A stretch of DNA of 64,000 nucleotides. Origin: Patescibacteria group bacterium. Its GTDB lineage: Bacteria; Patescibacteriota; Minisyncoccia; Portnoybacterales; UBA2143. Shown in pieces: positions 38,758 through 48,277 of the stretch (position 1 is the first letter of the stretch; each line of letters starts with the position of its first letter). The DNA is taken from positions 129,980 through 193,979 of the forward strand of contig JAHJSM010000001.1 in assembly GCA_018830295.1 (NCBI GenBank). Direction: 5' to 3'. The notes beneath the pieces are model-generated. The model did not search any database. It was not told the origin of the DNA and saw only the letters and a list, made by a program, of their open reading frames with translations. The translations under genes and the position numbers were made by a program.

Positions 38758-40014
38758 TTACCAAGGAATAATCTCCTTCCAATCGGGCAAACTCTCTTGG
38801 ACGCCAATTGTTTGGGTTTTTGAACAGGTGTATCCGTCTGAATCAGTTACCCTTAAAACAACATCCTTCTCGCCCGTCGTTGTAAATTGAATTGTCGGAT
38901 CTTGCGCGCTGGAAGAACCTGGATTACCGTTTTCAAATGTCCAAGACCAAGATGATTTTGACGCCCCGCCGTAAACAACCGACTGGTCGGAAAAAAGAAC
39001 ATCTTCTTCCACGCTTGGCTCGGTTGGCAACCAATTGAAATTAATTGATGGATACCGATGCGGTTCGGTCGCGAAAGAAGGACCAACCACCCAGCCGGAA
39101 TCATTACCCTCGCTGTCATAGACCTTTACCCGCCAATAATATGTCGTGCTGTATCCCAGTTGACCGGCCACGGGCGTTTCGGCAACTGTCACTGTTTGAT
39201 TATTTGTCGTCGGACTCGGATTAGATAATCCGCCAAAGTCGCGATCTACCTCAAGAGAACTAAAATCGCTGTTGTTGTCAACTTGGAATTGAAATCTTTC
39301 TTCATCGTCGCCGCTTGGGTCATAATAATTCCAAGAAAAATAGTGAGCCGCGTTGCCGCAATATGTCGTTGAATCTCCGACAGAAACACTAAGATCAGAA
39401 ACAATAGGCGACTGGACATCAATGATTACTTTGTAATTGCCGCCCGCGGCGGCATCGGCGCCGTTAAAACTAATCCAACCAACAACATCGCTACCCCAAG
39501 CCCATCCATGCCAGTCGCCATCCGCGCCAATATACGCCGGGTTGGCCTGACCATGATCAAACCTAATCCATCCGTCCCAACCGCCGCCATAAGAGAGCGC
39601 TCTAGCCCAACCATTAATATTAACATTTGATCTACCCAACTGATTTGACGGAACGGCCTTGGCAATGCAACTACTACCTGGACAAGGATCATTAGAAGGA
39701 GGAACCCCCGTATCGCTTTCGTTAAAACTAATCCAACCAATATGTTCCGACCATGCGTACCCGGAAAAATTACCATTACTCACATCTACATTAACTCCAT
39801 AATTAACAGCGCTTCCGTCAGAAAGATTATTAAAACTAATCCAACCGATGTTTTCCGACCAAGCAAATCCAACAACATTGTCTTCTAATCCAGCTTGAAC
39901 AATAGTAATTTTTTGACCAATACCAAAAAAAACAACAATGGCAACAATTAAAAAAATACTAATAAAAATGACTACTGATGCCAATTGTGTTTTTAAATGA
40001 AAAAATTTTAGCAT
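38758..40014 (-). CDS. Secreted pilus-associated protein with GxAWS..IGWISF repeats, FN3-like and PKD domains
   Basis: GFAWSENIGWISFN, GYAWSEHIGWISFN, GWAWGSDVVGWISFN; YYWRVKV; SWSWTF...VVLRVTD. Confidence 0.75.
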   Translation of the reverse strand: MLKFFHLKTQLASVVIFISIFLIVAIVVFFGIGQKITIVQAGLEDNVVGFAWSENIGWISFNNLSDGSAVNYGVNVDVSNGNFSGYAWSEHIGWISFNESDTGVPPSNDPCPGSSCIAKAVPSNQLGRSNVNINGWARALSYGGGWDGWIRFDHGQANPAYIGADGDWHGWAWGSDVVGWISFNGADAAAGGNYKVIIDVQSPIVSDLSVSVGDSTTYCGNAAHYFSWNYYDPSGDDEERFQFQVDNNSDFSSLEVDRDFGGLSNPSPTTNNQTVTVAETPVAGQLGYSTTYYWRVKVYDSEGNDSGWVVGPSFATEPHRYPSINFNWLPTEPSVEEDVLFSDQSVVYGGASKSSWSWTFENGNPGSSSAQDPTIQFTTTGEKDVVLRVTDSDGYTCSKTQTIGVQESLPDWKEIIPW

Positions 40015-40100
40015 AGAAATAAAACCACAAAACAGTTATCCGCTTATCACCACGATTCAATTACATTCTAACAAAAAACTTGCATCCAAACAAAAAAAAG

Positions 40101-40109
40101 TTATCCACA
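40101..40109 (+). promoter_or_regulatory. Perfect DnaA-box sequence in intergenic region
   Basis: TTATCCACA; other perfect copies at 24594-24602 (reverse) and 63040-63048. Confidence 0.35.
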
Positions 40110-40164
40110 ACAAAAATATTTATTAAGATTAACTTTTTTATTTAAAAAAATTATCTCTCCTTTT

Positions 40165-41163
40165 TTAAAATAATGTCCTTGAAAAAGAAACAATGAAGCT
40201 TTTAAAAAAAATAGTAATTAAAAGACCAAGAAACATCCAAAAAGCGAAGGAAATGTGAGTTTTTTGTTTTTGCGGAACAAATGAGAGCAAAGATGAAATA
40301 AGTATAAATACAAACATAAAAACTATTGAATTTTCAATTGAGAGAAAAAGTTTTGACCATATCGCTCGGGAATAAAAAATATAATTTATTATTAAATAAA
40401 AACTTATTACAACAAAAATAGTGATAACAATCCAAACTTTTCTTAAAAACTTTTCCAAAATTTTGCGAAAGACAATAATTAATAAAAACAAAATACCCTG
40501 CAATTCACTACTAAGCTGAACTCTAAGTTCTGTTTTGATTAATTGAAAGAATATAAAAATCATAAAATACCCAGTTCCAATCTTCAAATAATTATAATAA
40601 TCTTTTTTTAATGAATTTTTTAATTTTAAAATTCTTTCTTTGAGATTTAACATTTTCCCCTTAAAAGCCATTATGTCCCTGAAAAAAAGAAAAAAATTCT
40701 GACAAATTAAAAAAAGCAAAATTGGAATAAAAGTATTGATCAACAAAGAAAGAGAGGGAAAATAAGGAAACGCCGCGTCTTGATAATACTTAAGAGGCAA
40801 CAATAAAGAAAAAACAAAAAACAATTTAGCATCGCCAGCTGACCACAGATTAAAATACCAAAGAGCGTAACCAATTATTAAAGCAATAGCGCAATTAAGA
40901 AACACTTTCCCAAAATAATCCCACCTAATGGTAATAATCTGCCAAGAAGCGTCTACCGCCTCATGTTTAATGTTTGTATAGTAAAAAACCATTACTGGTT
41001 CAGCTATTAAATTCCAAATAGCTAAAACAATTAGTATCGCGACGCCATAAATCAATCCCGATACAATCCATTTATTTTTTATTTTTCCCTCTTTAAAATC
41101 TTGGTAGCTCGTAATTACACCGATTAAAAAAAGGCATGGTAAAAATAGGAAATCAAGTATCAT
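40165..41163 (-). CDS. A24-family aspartic prepilin-type peptidase (FlaK/PibD-like, no methyltransferase domain)
   Basis: ITSYQDFKEGKIKN (Asp1), WSAGDAKLF (GxGD-like Asp2), polytopic. Confidence 0.75.
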   Translation of the reverse strand: MILDFLFLPCLFLIGVITSYQDFKEGKIKNKWIVSGLIYGVAILIVLAIWNLIAEPVMVFYYTNIKHEAVDASWQIITIRWDYFGKVFLNCAIALIIGYALWYFNLWSAGDAKLFFVFSLLLPLKYYQDAAFPYFPSLSLLINTFIPILLFLICQNFFLFFRDIMAFKGKMLNLKERILKLKNSLKKDYYNYLKIGTGYFMIFIFFQLIKTELRVQLSSELQGILFLLIIVFRKILEKFLRKVWIVITIFVVISFYLIINYIFYSRAIWSKLFLSIENSIVFMFVFILISSLLSFVPQKQKTHISFAFWMFLGLLITIFFKSFIVSFSRTLF

Positions 41164-41164
41164 A

Positions 41165-42094
41165 TTAACTAATTGGGTTTAACTCTTTATCGCCATAATG
41201 CTTTATATAATCTCGCCAAATTCCTTCGCAAATATCGTAGGCCTTGCAACCATTGCATCTGTCTGTTTTAACGCGAGCCAATTGTTTTCTGGAATTTTCT
41301 ACATTTAAATTTGTAAAATCAGGCGCCAAATGTTCTGTGTGAAAAGTTTTTGATTCCTGAAATTCGCTAATTTGACCTTCGTATCCCACAAAATGACAAA
41401 AAGGAACATAACGAACTGTCCAATGAGGAATTTTATTTTTTCTTCCCAATTCCAAGCATTGACGAACATAGGGGGCAATTTTAGAAATTTTCGGAACAAA
41501 TCGAAAAAAATTATTATTAGCAGCTCCGTAAGTAGGATCCACAAAAATAAATTCAGAATTTTTAAATCCAAATTTTATAATTAACTGCCCAATTTTTTTT
41601 AAATACAAATAATTTTGCTTAATAATAATCGTATTGGTGCCTAACCGTTTGAGCCCCAAATCCTGAATATTTTTTATGCCTCGCGCCATTTGCTCAAAAC
41701 TTCCTTTTGATTGAGTTAGTAAATCATGTAGCTTCGCGTTATGCCCATGAATGGAAAAAATCAAATCAGTTAAACCAGCTTGAACAATTCTTTTAGCAAA
41801 TTTTTCATAAGCAAAAAGTCGACCGTTAGTAGCCATCACTATATTCTTAAATTTCAATTGAGAAGCAAATTTAATTAAATCAAGAATGTCAGGTCTAATG
41901 GTCGGTTCGCCCCCAATTAATTCTAAATAAGTAAAACCATTATTCCTGGCCCATGCCATTTCCTTCATAACTTGTTCGGTGGTTTTATCGACTAAATCTC
42001 TTTTATCAACATTCAAACAAAATTGGCAATTGTTGTTGCAACGATAACCAGTAATAATGACTATTTTATTAATTTTTTTACTTTTATTTTTCAT
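41165..42094 (-). CDS. Radical SAM protein, HxsC-like
   Basis: CNNNCQFC, GGEPT, VPFC, CNGCKAYDICEG; start set at MKNKSKK. Confidence 0.88.
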   Translation of the reverse strand: MKNKSKKINKIVIITGYRCNNNCQFCLNVDKRDLVDKTTEQVMKEMAWARNNGFTYLELIGGEPTIRPDILDLIKFASQLKFKNIVMATNGRLFAYEKFAKRIVQAGLTDLIFSIHGHNAKLHDLLTQSKGSFEQMARGIKNIQDLGLKRLGTNTIIIKQNYLYLKKIGQLIIKFGFKNSEFIFVDPTYGAANNNFFRFVPKISKIAPYVRQCLELGRKNKIPHWTVRYVPFCHFVGYEGQISEFQESKTFHTEHLAPDFTNLNVENSRKQLARVKTDRCNGCKAYDICEGIWRDYIKHYGDKELNPIS

Positions 42095-43019
42095 AAACAG
42101 GTTGGAATTCACTATCGCCAAAAAGTTTGGAATAACTATTCCAGACACCTTCGCAATTTTGGTAGTATTTGCACTCTTGGCATCTTTTAAATTTAGTTTT
42201 ATTTTTAATTCGCTCAAAATCAATACTTTCCACAATAATGTCTGGCGCGCCAACCTTGGTGTTAAAAGGGCTGGACTCAACCATTTTATCTTCGTGACCA
42301 GACAAACAGCAAAAAGGGATATTAAAAACTATTCCTTTATCTAATTCTAATTTGTCAATTAAATTAAGCGTTTTTTTTAAATAAGGCGCGACTTTTTTAA
42401 TACTAATTCCCACTTCACGCCAATTCTTGGCCATTCTCCCTGTATATAGGGGGTAAATAAAGCAAAAACTTCCGATCCCCATCTGACTAAAAAAATCAAC
42501 AAATTGCAAGTACTCTTTGTAATTATATTTGTTTATAACTGTATTTATCTCTATACGAACCTTTAATTCTTGTAAATTTTCGATAGTTTTTAATATATTT
42601 TTAAAAGCTCCTGGAACATTTACTAAATAATCATGTATTTTATCTTTATGGCTATGAATTGAAATTTTCACAAAATCTAAACCTGATTCGACTAAATGCT
42701 TGCAATAATCAGGATACGCGAGGGCAATGCCATTTGTTTCTATTCTAACAATATCAAATTTTAAATGTTTAGCGAAATTTATTAAGATTTGCAAATCTTT
42801 TCTTACTGTCGGCTCTCCGCCACCGATTCCTAAATACTTAAAACCATCTTTTTTAGCGTCATAAATTATTTTCAGAAGCTCTCTTGTTGAATTGTTAACA
42901 TTCCTTTTTTCTGGATCAATAGAACAAAACCTACAATTCGCGTTACAGACATAACCAGGCAATAACTCAAAGAGGTCTCTATCTTCCTTTTTTAATATTT
43001 TTGTATAATTTCCAAACAT
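42084..43019 (-). CDS. Radical SAM protein, HxsC-like
   Basis: CNANCRFC, GGGEPT, IPFC, CQECKYYQNCEG. Confidence 0.88.
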   Translation of the reverse strand: MFGNYTKILKKEDRDLFELLPGYVCNANCRFCSIDPEKRNVNNSTRELLKIIYDAKKDGFKYLGIGGGEPTVRKDLQILINFAKHLKFDIVRIETNGIALAYPDYCKHLVESGLDFVKISIHSHKDKIHDYLVNVPGAFKNILKTIENLQELKVRIEINTVINKYNYKEYLQFVDFFSQMGIGSFCFIYPLYTGRMAKNWREVGISIKKVAPYLKKTLNLIDKLELDKGIVFNIPFCCLSGHEDKMVESSPFNTKVGAPDIIVESIDFERIKNKTKFKRCQECKYYQNCEGVWNSYSKLFGDSEFQPVYEK

Positions 43020-43023
43020 AAGT

Positions 43024-43323
43024 TTAAACTAATTTTTTATACTGTTCGCCTTCCTCGGTTAAACTCCAAAAATATTCGCCTTTTTTAAGTTCTTTTTTAA
43101 CTAAATTTCTTTTAGATAATTTTTCACCAATAAAAAAAACTTCGCTCCTGTCGCTACAGGTGGCGCACATTTTAATTTTTTTTGCCAATATCAAAACTCT
43201 TTTGCTCGAGATATTGTTTTCAGTTTTTAATATTAATATCAAACATTTTTCAAGGTCGGTTAATGGTCTGTTGCCCTCGGAAGTTTTTATTAATAATCTT
43301 GAAGTTTTTTTAGAATTAATCAT
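43024..43323 (-). CDS. Small basic protein, possible winged helix with CxxC
   Basis: LTDLEKCLILIL...CATC...LSKRNLV...WSLTEEG. Confidence 0.5.
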   Translation of the reverse strand: MINSKKTSRLLIKTSEGNRPLTDLEKCLILILKTENNISSKRVLILAKKIKMCATCSDRSEVFFIGEKLSKRNLVKKELKKGEYFWSLTEEGEQYKKLV

Positions 43324-44560
43324 TTTTTAAAAATTTTTTAAAAGCTTTAATAAAAATATCAACTTCCTCTTCTGTGTTGTAAATAAAAAAAGATAATCTC
43401 ATGGAAATAGGAGAGCCAAAAAAATCATGCAAAGGCTGAGCACAATGATGGCCACAACGAACCGCGATAGCATGATCCTTTAATTCATAATTTAAGTAAA
43501 GATTAAAATCATAAAGAGATAATTTTTTGGATTTTAGATAAAACGCTATTAATGAGCTGGGCTTCTGCTGCTTATAATCGATTAAAAATTTAACTTCACT
43601 AATATTTCGCAACTGTTGTTGAGCATAATGAGTGAGGGATTCAATTTTTCTAGTAATCTTTTGATAGCCGATGTCAGACAAAAAATTAATAGCGGAATTA
43701 AGACCGGCTATTCCTGCGTAATGCTGTATGCCGGCTTCAAATCCCGATGATGATGGAAGATATTTAACATAAATATTATTACCTTTTATTTTTACTGATT
43801 GAACGGTTCCGCCACCAACATTAAAAGGGCTAAAATTTTTAAGATGGCCTTCGCGAACATATAAAACACCTATGCCCGTCGGAGCGCCAAGTTTGTGCCC
43901 TGAAAAAACAAGATAATCTATTTTATTTTCTTGAACATCTTCTTTATGCGAGGCGACATATTGCGCGTCATCAACTAAAATCTTCGCTCCTTTACTATGC
44001 GTCAAATCAGCAATTTTTTTCACTGGATAAACTAACCCTGTAACATTAGACAAATGAGTAATCGCGACTAACGCTGTTTTCTTGGTAATAATTTTATTTA
44101 ATTTATCTAAATCTAAAGTTCCATCTTTGTTAGGCGATAAAATTTTAATTTTTAATCCCCTTTTCTTGCTTTGTTCATAATACGGAAGTAAATTACTATG
44201 ATGCTCAAGAGTTGTCAGCACTATTTCATTTTTTTCCTTACTTATTGGCAGTGAGGCCGCGATTAAATTAATGCCTTCAGTCGTATTTTTAGTCCAAATT
44301 ATGTCATCAGATAATGAAGCGTTTATAAATTGCCTTACATTTTCTTTGGTCTTCTCGACTAATTCTTGAACTTGCCAACTTAAATAATGGCTTGAACGAT
44401 TACCGCCGCAAACCCCTAGGTTTTGATAATAATCATTAACTGCTTTAATTACGGACTTTGGTTTTAGCGCCGTACAGGCATTATCAAAATAAATTAATTT
44501 TTTACCATTAATTTTTTTCTTCAAAACGGGAAATTCATTTTTTATATTAATAATGTTCAT
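43316..44560 (-). CDS. Cysteine desulfurase (SufS/CsdA-like, PLP class V)
   Basis: IYFDNACT, NTTEGIN, EHHSN, FSGHKLGAPTGIG, VRCGHHCAQPL. Confidence 0.9.
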   Translation of the reverse strand: MNIINIKNEFPVLKKKINGKKLIYFDNACTALKPKSVIKAVNDYYQNLGVCGGNRSSHYLSWQVQELVEKTKENVRQFINASLSDDIIWTKNTTEGINLIAASLPISKEKNEIVLTTLEHHSNLLPYYEQSKKRGLKIKILSPNKDGTLDLDKLNKIITKKTALVAITHLSNVTGLVYPVKKIADLTHSKGAKILVDDAQYVASHKEDVQENKIDYLVFSGHKLGAPTGIGVLYVREGHLKNFSPFNVGGGTVQSVKIKGNNIYVKYLPSSSGFEAGIQHYAGIAGLNSAINFLSDIGYQKITRKIESLTHYAQQQLRNISEVKFLIDYKQQKPSSLIAFYLKSKKLSLYDFNLYLNYELKDHAIAVRCGHHCAQPLHDFFGSPISMRLSFFIYNTEEEVDIFIKAFKKFLKND

Positions 44561-45400
44561 TTACTTAATTGGTCTGACTTTAGTTTTTTGGCCAAAAAAC
44601 TTTAAATAATCCTTTCTCACTCCACAACAATAAGACGATAAAGAACAACGCTCGCATTCTATCATTTTTATCTTTTCCCTCAAAGAATATTCTGGTTTTT
44701 CGCCACGGCTTATTTTTTGATAATCAATGTGATGCTCCTTATATTCTTCTAAATAGCAAGGGGGAATGTGGTCAATAATAAATTTTATATCAAATTTTTG
44801 GCATTTCCTAAATGCTTCCAATAAAAAAGGTCTCGCTTTTTTATAACTGATTAAAATTTCGGGATTTTCCCCAGTCGCTCCTATTATTTTTATAAAACTA
44901 AATTGGATATATTCCACTTTTGGAAAATTTTTATTAACAAAAACAACATAGTTTTTTAAGCGCTTATAATTTAAAGAATTAACAATGCAAGTTAAGCGAA
45001 AATTCGCTCTTCTTTCTTGTAGATTTTTTATTCCTATTATTTTTTTATTGAACAATCCTTTGGTTTGAGTTATTTGGTTATGCGCTGAAGAAATATGAGA
45101 AGGAAAATTTATATTAAACAAATCCACACCAGAATTAATAAGATCAATCGCTAATTTTTTATAATAACAAGTTATTCCGTTGGTCTGCAATTCAACAAAT
45201 AATTTCTTATCTTTCGCTTTTCTAATTACCCAAAAAAGATCCTTCGATAAAGTCGGTTCTCCGCCACTTATAACCAAACCGCTTTTTTCTTGATTAATTA
45301 TCTGCTTAAAAAATTCTTTTTCCAACTGGTCTTTTCTCCCTTTAGCCGAACAAAAAAGACAGTTTTGGTTGCATTGATTTGTGATAGAAATAATACTCAT
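44561..45400 (-). CDS. Radical SAM protein, HxsC-like
   Basis: CNQNCLFC, SGGEPT, IPPC, CERCSLSSYCCG. Confidence 0.85.
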   Translation of the reverse strand: MSIISITNQCNQNCLFCSAKGRKDQLEKEFFKQIINQEKSGLVISGGEPTLSKDLFWVIRKAKDKKLFVELQTNGITCYYKKLAIDLINSGVDLFNINFPSHISSAHNQITQTKGLFNKKIIGIKNLQERRANFRLTCIVNSLNYKRLKNYVVFVNKNFPKVEYIQFSFIKIIGATGENPEILISYKKARPFLLEAFRKCQKFDIKFIIDHIPPCYLEEYKEHHIDYQKISRGEKPEYSLREKIKMIECERCSLSSYCCGVRKDYLKFFGQKTKVRPIK

Positions 45401-45432
45401 TTTGATTTATAGCTAAACGGTTTTTTTTATTA

Positions 45433-47757
45433 TTAATTATTGTTTTTTAACAATTTTTTTATCAATTTGTCTTTATCCCAAAAAAATAGCCCGTAAATAA
45501 ACATTTTTCTAAAATCTTTTGGTAAAAAATATACTTTGTCTTTATTAATTTTGACTTTTTTAAACTTTTTTAACGCTAAAAATGCATGTTTAAAACTAGG
45601 AATTAAACTCTTGCTAAAAAAAAATTTAAACTCTTTTTTGGAAACAGGCCGCCCTTTTGTAAAATGGCCTAACACATAATCTCTCATATCATCTATTAAT
45701 TTACAAGGAACCCCTTGATAGACGCGGTTTGAGGCGTTAAATCCATCTTTAATTGGCGAATTATTTTGGTATCTATTAACTCCGATTATTTTTGAAACGG
45801 AAAAAGAGCCGATGCCAAACATTGAACATGGACGAGGAATATTATAATAAGGAGTTATTTGTTCTGTCTTATCTTTGGGTGAAAAATTAACACCATACCA
45901 TTCGCTTAGACAAATCTTTTTAGAATCCGGATAAGTATAGTTAAATTTAATAGCTATTTGCTGTAGCAACTTTAATGTCCGGTCAATTTTTTTTTGAATT
46001 TGAAGATAAAAAGTTGCTTCATTATCTTTAAAATACTTTTTTAAATAAAAATTTGTCGGTTTCAACGGAAATAAAGAAATATTATCTGGCTTTAATTTGA
46101 TAATATTTTGAAAACTCTTCCTAACTGTTTCGTGGCTATCGCCCTTAAGGCCGATCAACAAATCCACATTAACTGTAAATCCAAAAGATTGCGCGTCTAA
46201 TATTGATTTTTTTACTAATTCATAAGTTTGATAGCTACGATTGGCATATTTTAACACTCTTGGGTCTAAAGATTGAACCCCAAAACTAACCCTGTCAAAA
46301 CCAAACTTCTTAATAATTTGCAATTTTTTGCGAGTAGTAGTAAAAGGATTACACTCATATGTTTTTTCGCCCAAATTACTAAAATTATAATCGTTAAATA
46401 AATTAACTAAAAAATTATCTAATTGCTTTTCATTTAATATAGAGGGACTGCCTCCACCAATATAAATATTATTGAATTCCACACCCGAAAAAACATCTTT
46501 GTAAAAAGCCATCTCTTTAATAATCCGCGCGAGATAACGATTAACTGATTCCTTGTCTTTGGTTACTACCGAAGGAGTCATACAGTAACTACACTTTGAT
46601 TCGCAAAATGGTATGTTAATGTAATAGCTAAGTAAATCTTTTCTTTTGCCTTTCTTAATCTCTTTAATGGCTTTTACCCACATTTTTTTAATCTCAAAAG
46701 CGTTATATGAATTAAATTTATTTAATCGAAAGAACATTGAATTGAAAAAGTATTTTGTTGCTTCTGATCTTTGATAAGATAAAAAATCAGTTAGCCTGGT
46801 TAACGCTTCTAAATGAGCGGTTGTTTTGTCTATTTTTATGGAATCTATTGGATGATGAAAGTTTCCAGTTGCTTTAATCTTTATTCCATCCAGATTTAAC
46901 CATGACTTTATCTCCGGCGTTTTAATATAGTTCAGATAACTTTTGTGCATTCCTAAGCAATATTTTTTTAATTTACATTTTTGGCACTCCGCCAAATAAA
47001 CAACTTCTTCGGCAGGCAATGTTCTCCAAGCATATGGCCATAAAGACGGCTCCAGTGCGCAAAGCGGAAAATGATATAAGCGAAAGTCATTAAATAATTT
47101 AAAATATTTTTTAGCTTCTTCCAGCGCGGGCTGTATCTGCGTATATGTAATCCCGACATTGTTTTTGTTGACTTCCGCTTTTCCTTCAAACTCCAAAAAA
47201 ATTAAAACAATCCTATCGGCTTCAGTAAAATTATTTTTAATGAATTCAAAAAAATTTGGTATTATCGCTAAATTATGGCGATTGGCGATAATTCTTATTT
47301 CAACCTTTTGATTTACTCCTTTCTCGCGCAACAGCTTTTTTAACCCCTCTATTGTTTGGTGAAAACTGCCGGGTATCTGCGTGATGCCGTCATGAATTTC
47401 GGCATTATGGCCATGCAGAGGAATGGCAAAATCAATATTCTGATAAGACAAGCATTCTTTTCTAAAACTGTCATAGAAAAACATTCTTCCGTTGGTTAAA
47501 ATCCTTATAATAACTTTTGGAAATCTTTTCCGTATGTAGTTTAGTAGTTTAAATAAATAAGGACAAATTGTTGTTTCGCCGCCAGTTAAACTTATGCTCC
47601 CAAGTGTTGTGTAGTTATTCTCTTTTAACTTTTCTTCAAAATAATTAACAACTGATTCAAAAGTAAAACAATCTTCTTGGATCATTTCTTCCGTGTTGGT
47701 GCACATTACACAGCGATTATTACACTTGTTCCAAATTGGCATTTCAATATGATTCAT
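45433..47757 (-). CDS. Double radical SAM fusion: HxsC-like plus HemN-like domain
   Basis: CNNRCVMC...FPLC...CQKCKLKKYCLG, then NIPFCESKCSYC, YIGGGSPS, RVSFGVQS. Confidence 0.88.
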   Translation of the reverse strand: MNHIEMPIWNKCNNRCVMCTNTEEMIQEDCFTFESVVNYFEEKLKENNYTTLGSISLTGGETTICPYLFKLLNYIRKRFPKVIIRILTNGRMFFYDSFRKECLSYQNIDFAIPLHGHNAEIHDGITQIPGSFHQTIEGLKKLLREKGVNQKVEIRIIANRHNLAIIPNFFEFIKNNFTEADRIVLIFLEFEGKAEVNKNNVGITYTQIQPALEEAKKYFKLFNDFRLYHFPLCALEPSLWPYAWRTLPAEEVVYLAECQKCKLKKYCLGMHKSYLNYIKTPEIKSWLNLDGIKIKATGNFHHPIDSIKIDKTTAHLEALTRLTDFLSYQRSEATKYFFNSMFFRLNKFNSYNAFEIKKMWVKAIKEIKKGKRKDLLSYYINIPFCESKCSYCMTPSVVTKDKESVNRYLARIIKEMAFYKDVFSGVEFNNIYIGGGSPSILNEKQLDNFLVNLFNDYNFSNLGEKTYECNPFTTTRKKLQIIKKFGFDRVSFGVQSLDPRVLKYANRSYQTYELVKKSILDAQSFGFTVNVDLLIGLKGDSHETVRKSFQNIIKLKPDNISLFPLKPTNFYLKKYFKDNEATFYLQIQKKIDRTLKLLQQIAIKFNYTYPDSKKICLSEWYGVNFSPKDKTEQITPYYNIPRPCSMFGIGSFSVSKIIGVNRYQNNSPIKDGFNASNRVYQGVPCKLIDDMRDYVLGHFTKGRPVSKKEFKFFFSKSLIPSFKHAFLALKKFKKVKINKDKVYFLPKDFRKMFIYGLFFWDKDKLIKKLLKNNN

Positions 47758-47777
47758 GATGTCTTATATGTTAACTA

Positions 47778-48266
47778 TTAAACCCAACCATGCGCTTTGC
47801 CAAAGGCCATAATCACTAAAGCGCAAACTGGCTTATCTTTACATATTATTTCTTCCGTCGCGATATTTATTTCTTTTTTAAATTTTTCTTTTCTATATTT
47901 CATTATTTCGCTCAATGAATTTTTTATGTCTTTCTCAACTTTTTTTTTGCTATTGCCTTGAATTTCAACAACTATTCCATTCCCTGAATTACCTTCTTCT
48001 TTTATCCAACCTAAGCCAGCGCAAATGGTTTCTCCTTTATTAAGGGTTCTGGATTGAGATAAAATAACATAAACTTTCTTGCCGTAATCGTTATAAGAAT
48101 AATTCGGTTTTTTATTTATAATCTTAGAGTTGTGGGGCAGAACCGACGACAAGCAAATTAAATTTAGATTAATCATACCTGCTTTTTCCAACGCTTTGCA
48201 GTAAGCGCCTTCTTCAGTGGCTCCCTCGCCGCTTCCTTGGGTTAAAAAAATTTTTATTTTTTTCAT
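47778..48266 (-). CDS. pdaD: Pyruvoyl-dependent arginine decarboxylase-like protein
   Basis: AL..AGMINLNLICLSSVLP with Ser-Ser self-cleavage site; AGLGW; VVE. Confidence 0.75.
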   Translation of the reverse strand: MKKIKIFLTQGSGEGATEEGAYCKALEKAGMINLNLICLSSVLPHNSKIINKKPNYSYNDYGKKVYVILSQSRTLNKGETICAGLGWIKEEGNSGNGIVVEIQGNSKKKVEKDIKNSLSEIMKYRKEKFKKEINIATEEIICKDKPVCALVIMAFGKAHGWV

Positions 48267-48277
48267 TAATTTTAATT

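Noticed and set aside
42095-42280. N-terminal extension of the 371 aa radical SAM ORF
   Set aside because: Overlaps the upstream gene by about 200 bp; MKNKSKK start gives a normal short overlap
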